Part shown: one piece after another, positions 55,631 to 55,934 of the stretch
How the letters are laid out: every line of letters starts with the position of its first letter
Position numbering within the stretch: position 1 is the first letter of the stretch
Origin: Polyangiales bacterium
Lineage (GTDB): Bacteria > Myxococcota_A > Polyangia > Polyangiales > Ga0077539
Length of the DNA stretch: 55,934 bases
Reading direction: 5' to 3'
Assembly: GCA_046351515.1 (NCBI GenBank)
Contig: JAXLYJ010000005.1
Coordinates: 434,892-490,825, forward strand
Notes under the pieces: model-generated
What the model saw: only the letters and a program-made list of their open reading frames with translations
Databases searched by the model: none
What the model was told of the DNA's origin: nothing
Position numbers and translations under genes: made by a program

Positions 55631-55934
55631 TCAACGCTGCAAGAGCGCGATCGCCGCCGCCGCGACGTGTTCGTCGAGCAACCCGCACTCGGGGCTCGTT
55701 CGAACGGCGTTGGCTTCGAGCGCGCCGAGCGGCTCTTTGTCTTCGAGGATGACGAACGAAGAGGCGCGCTCGCGGCCGTGGAGCCACTGCTGGATTTCGT
55801 CGCCGCGCGTGAGCCTCTGGCCGTCGGGCGCGCGATAGAGCGCTGGGGTTCGGTCGATGACCGCCGCGCGCAGATTGCGAGAAGCGAGCATCTCGCGCAG
55901 CTCGTCGAGCGCGAATCGCAGTCGCCAAGACGAG
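55631..55934 (-). CDS. Hypothetical protein, C-terminal part only (frame open to the window edge)
   Basis: High-GC3 frame continuing past the tracked Met at 55891 to the end of the window. Confidence 0.4.
   Translation of the reverse strand, partial: SSWRLRFALDELREMLASRNLRAAVIDRTPALYRAPDGQRLTRGDEIQQWLHGRERASSFVILEDKEPLGALEANAVRTSPECGLLDEHVAAAAIALLQR

Noticed and set aside
1-55934. Search for tRNA/rRNA/ncRNA
   Set aside because: No cloverleaf-compatible segments or rRNA-like conserved blocks were found in the few intergenic gaps, the largest being 8664..8982. I cannot run a covariance model, so small RNAs are not excluded.

Overview
This window is about 70% GC chromosomal DNA with very high GC3 in the real genes. 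Gene content points to Myxococcota, probably the Sorangiineae/Polyangiaceae lineage. The evidence is many eukaryotic-like Ser/Thr kinases with FHA partners, a PP2C phosphatase, a Myxococcus-like pilB-pilT-pilC-pilS type IV pilus core, an FG-GAP lipoprotein with Cys-rich repeats, and two AgmX/PglI-like TonB-C-type domains. I call about 42 protein-coding genes and one intact IS630-family insertion sequence. I saw no rRNA, tRNA or CRISPR array.

The main calls are:
- a minus-strand outer-membrane operon: an FG-GAP lipoprotein, a TonB-dependent receptor and a beta-propeller lipoprotein;
- dnaE followed by a ParA-like ATPase that carries N-terminal zinc ribbons and is translationally coupled to an RHH protein;
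- a phospho-signalling island: a PP2C phosphatase, a 1233-aa Ser/Thr kinase with beta-propeller repeats, and a divergently transcribed FHA Ser/Thr kinase;
- a ClpA-like ATPase, a lipoprotein alpha/beta hydrolase, a family-4 uracil-DNA glycosylase and an acidic hypothetical protein;
- a membrane-lipid cluster: an MprF-flippase-like UPF0104 protein, then a TPR protein translationally coupled to pgsA;
- the pilus locus: a PilS-like histidine kinase, pilC, pilT and pilB, with a divergent FHA protein and the IS630 element;
- two more Ser/Thr kinases;
- xthA and tsaC/sua5;
- a secreted caspase-like protease with two Tudor-like domains;
- a fused E1 alpha/beta dehydrogenase;
- a class III nucleotidyl cyclase, a sterol-desaturase-family hydroxylase, a TetR regulator and a DUF2202 ferritin-like protein.

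Because of the GC content, every real gene is shadowed by long arginine-rich antisense or alternative-frame ORFs, and I reject those. Start codons inside longer tracked ORFs were placed by counting residues from the ORF-track ends. RBS and inverted-repeat coordinates were read by eye and may be off by 1-2 nt.
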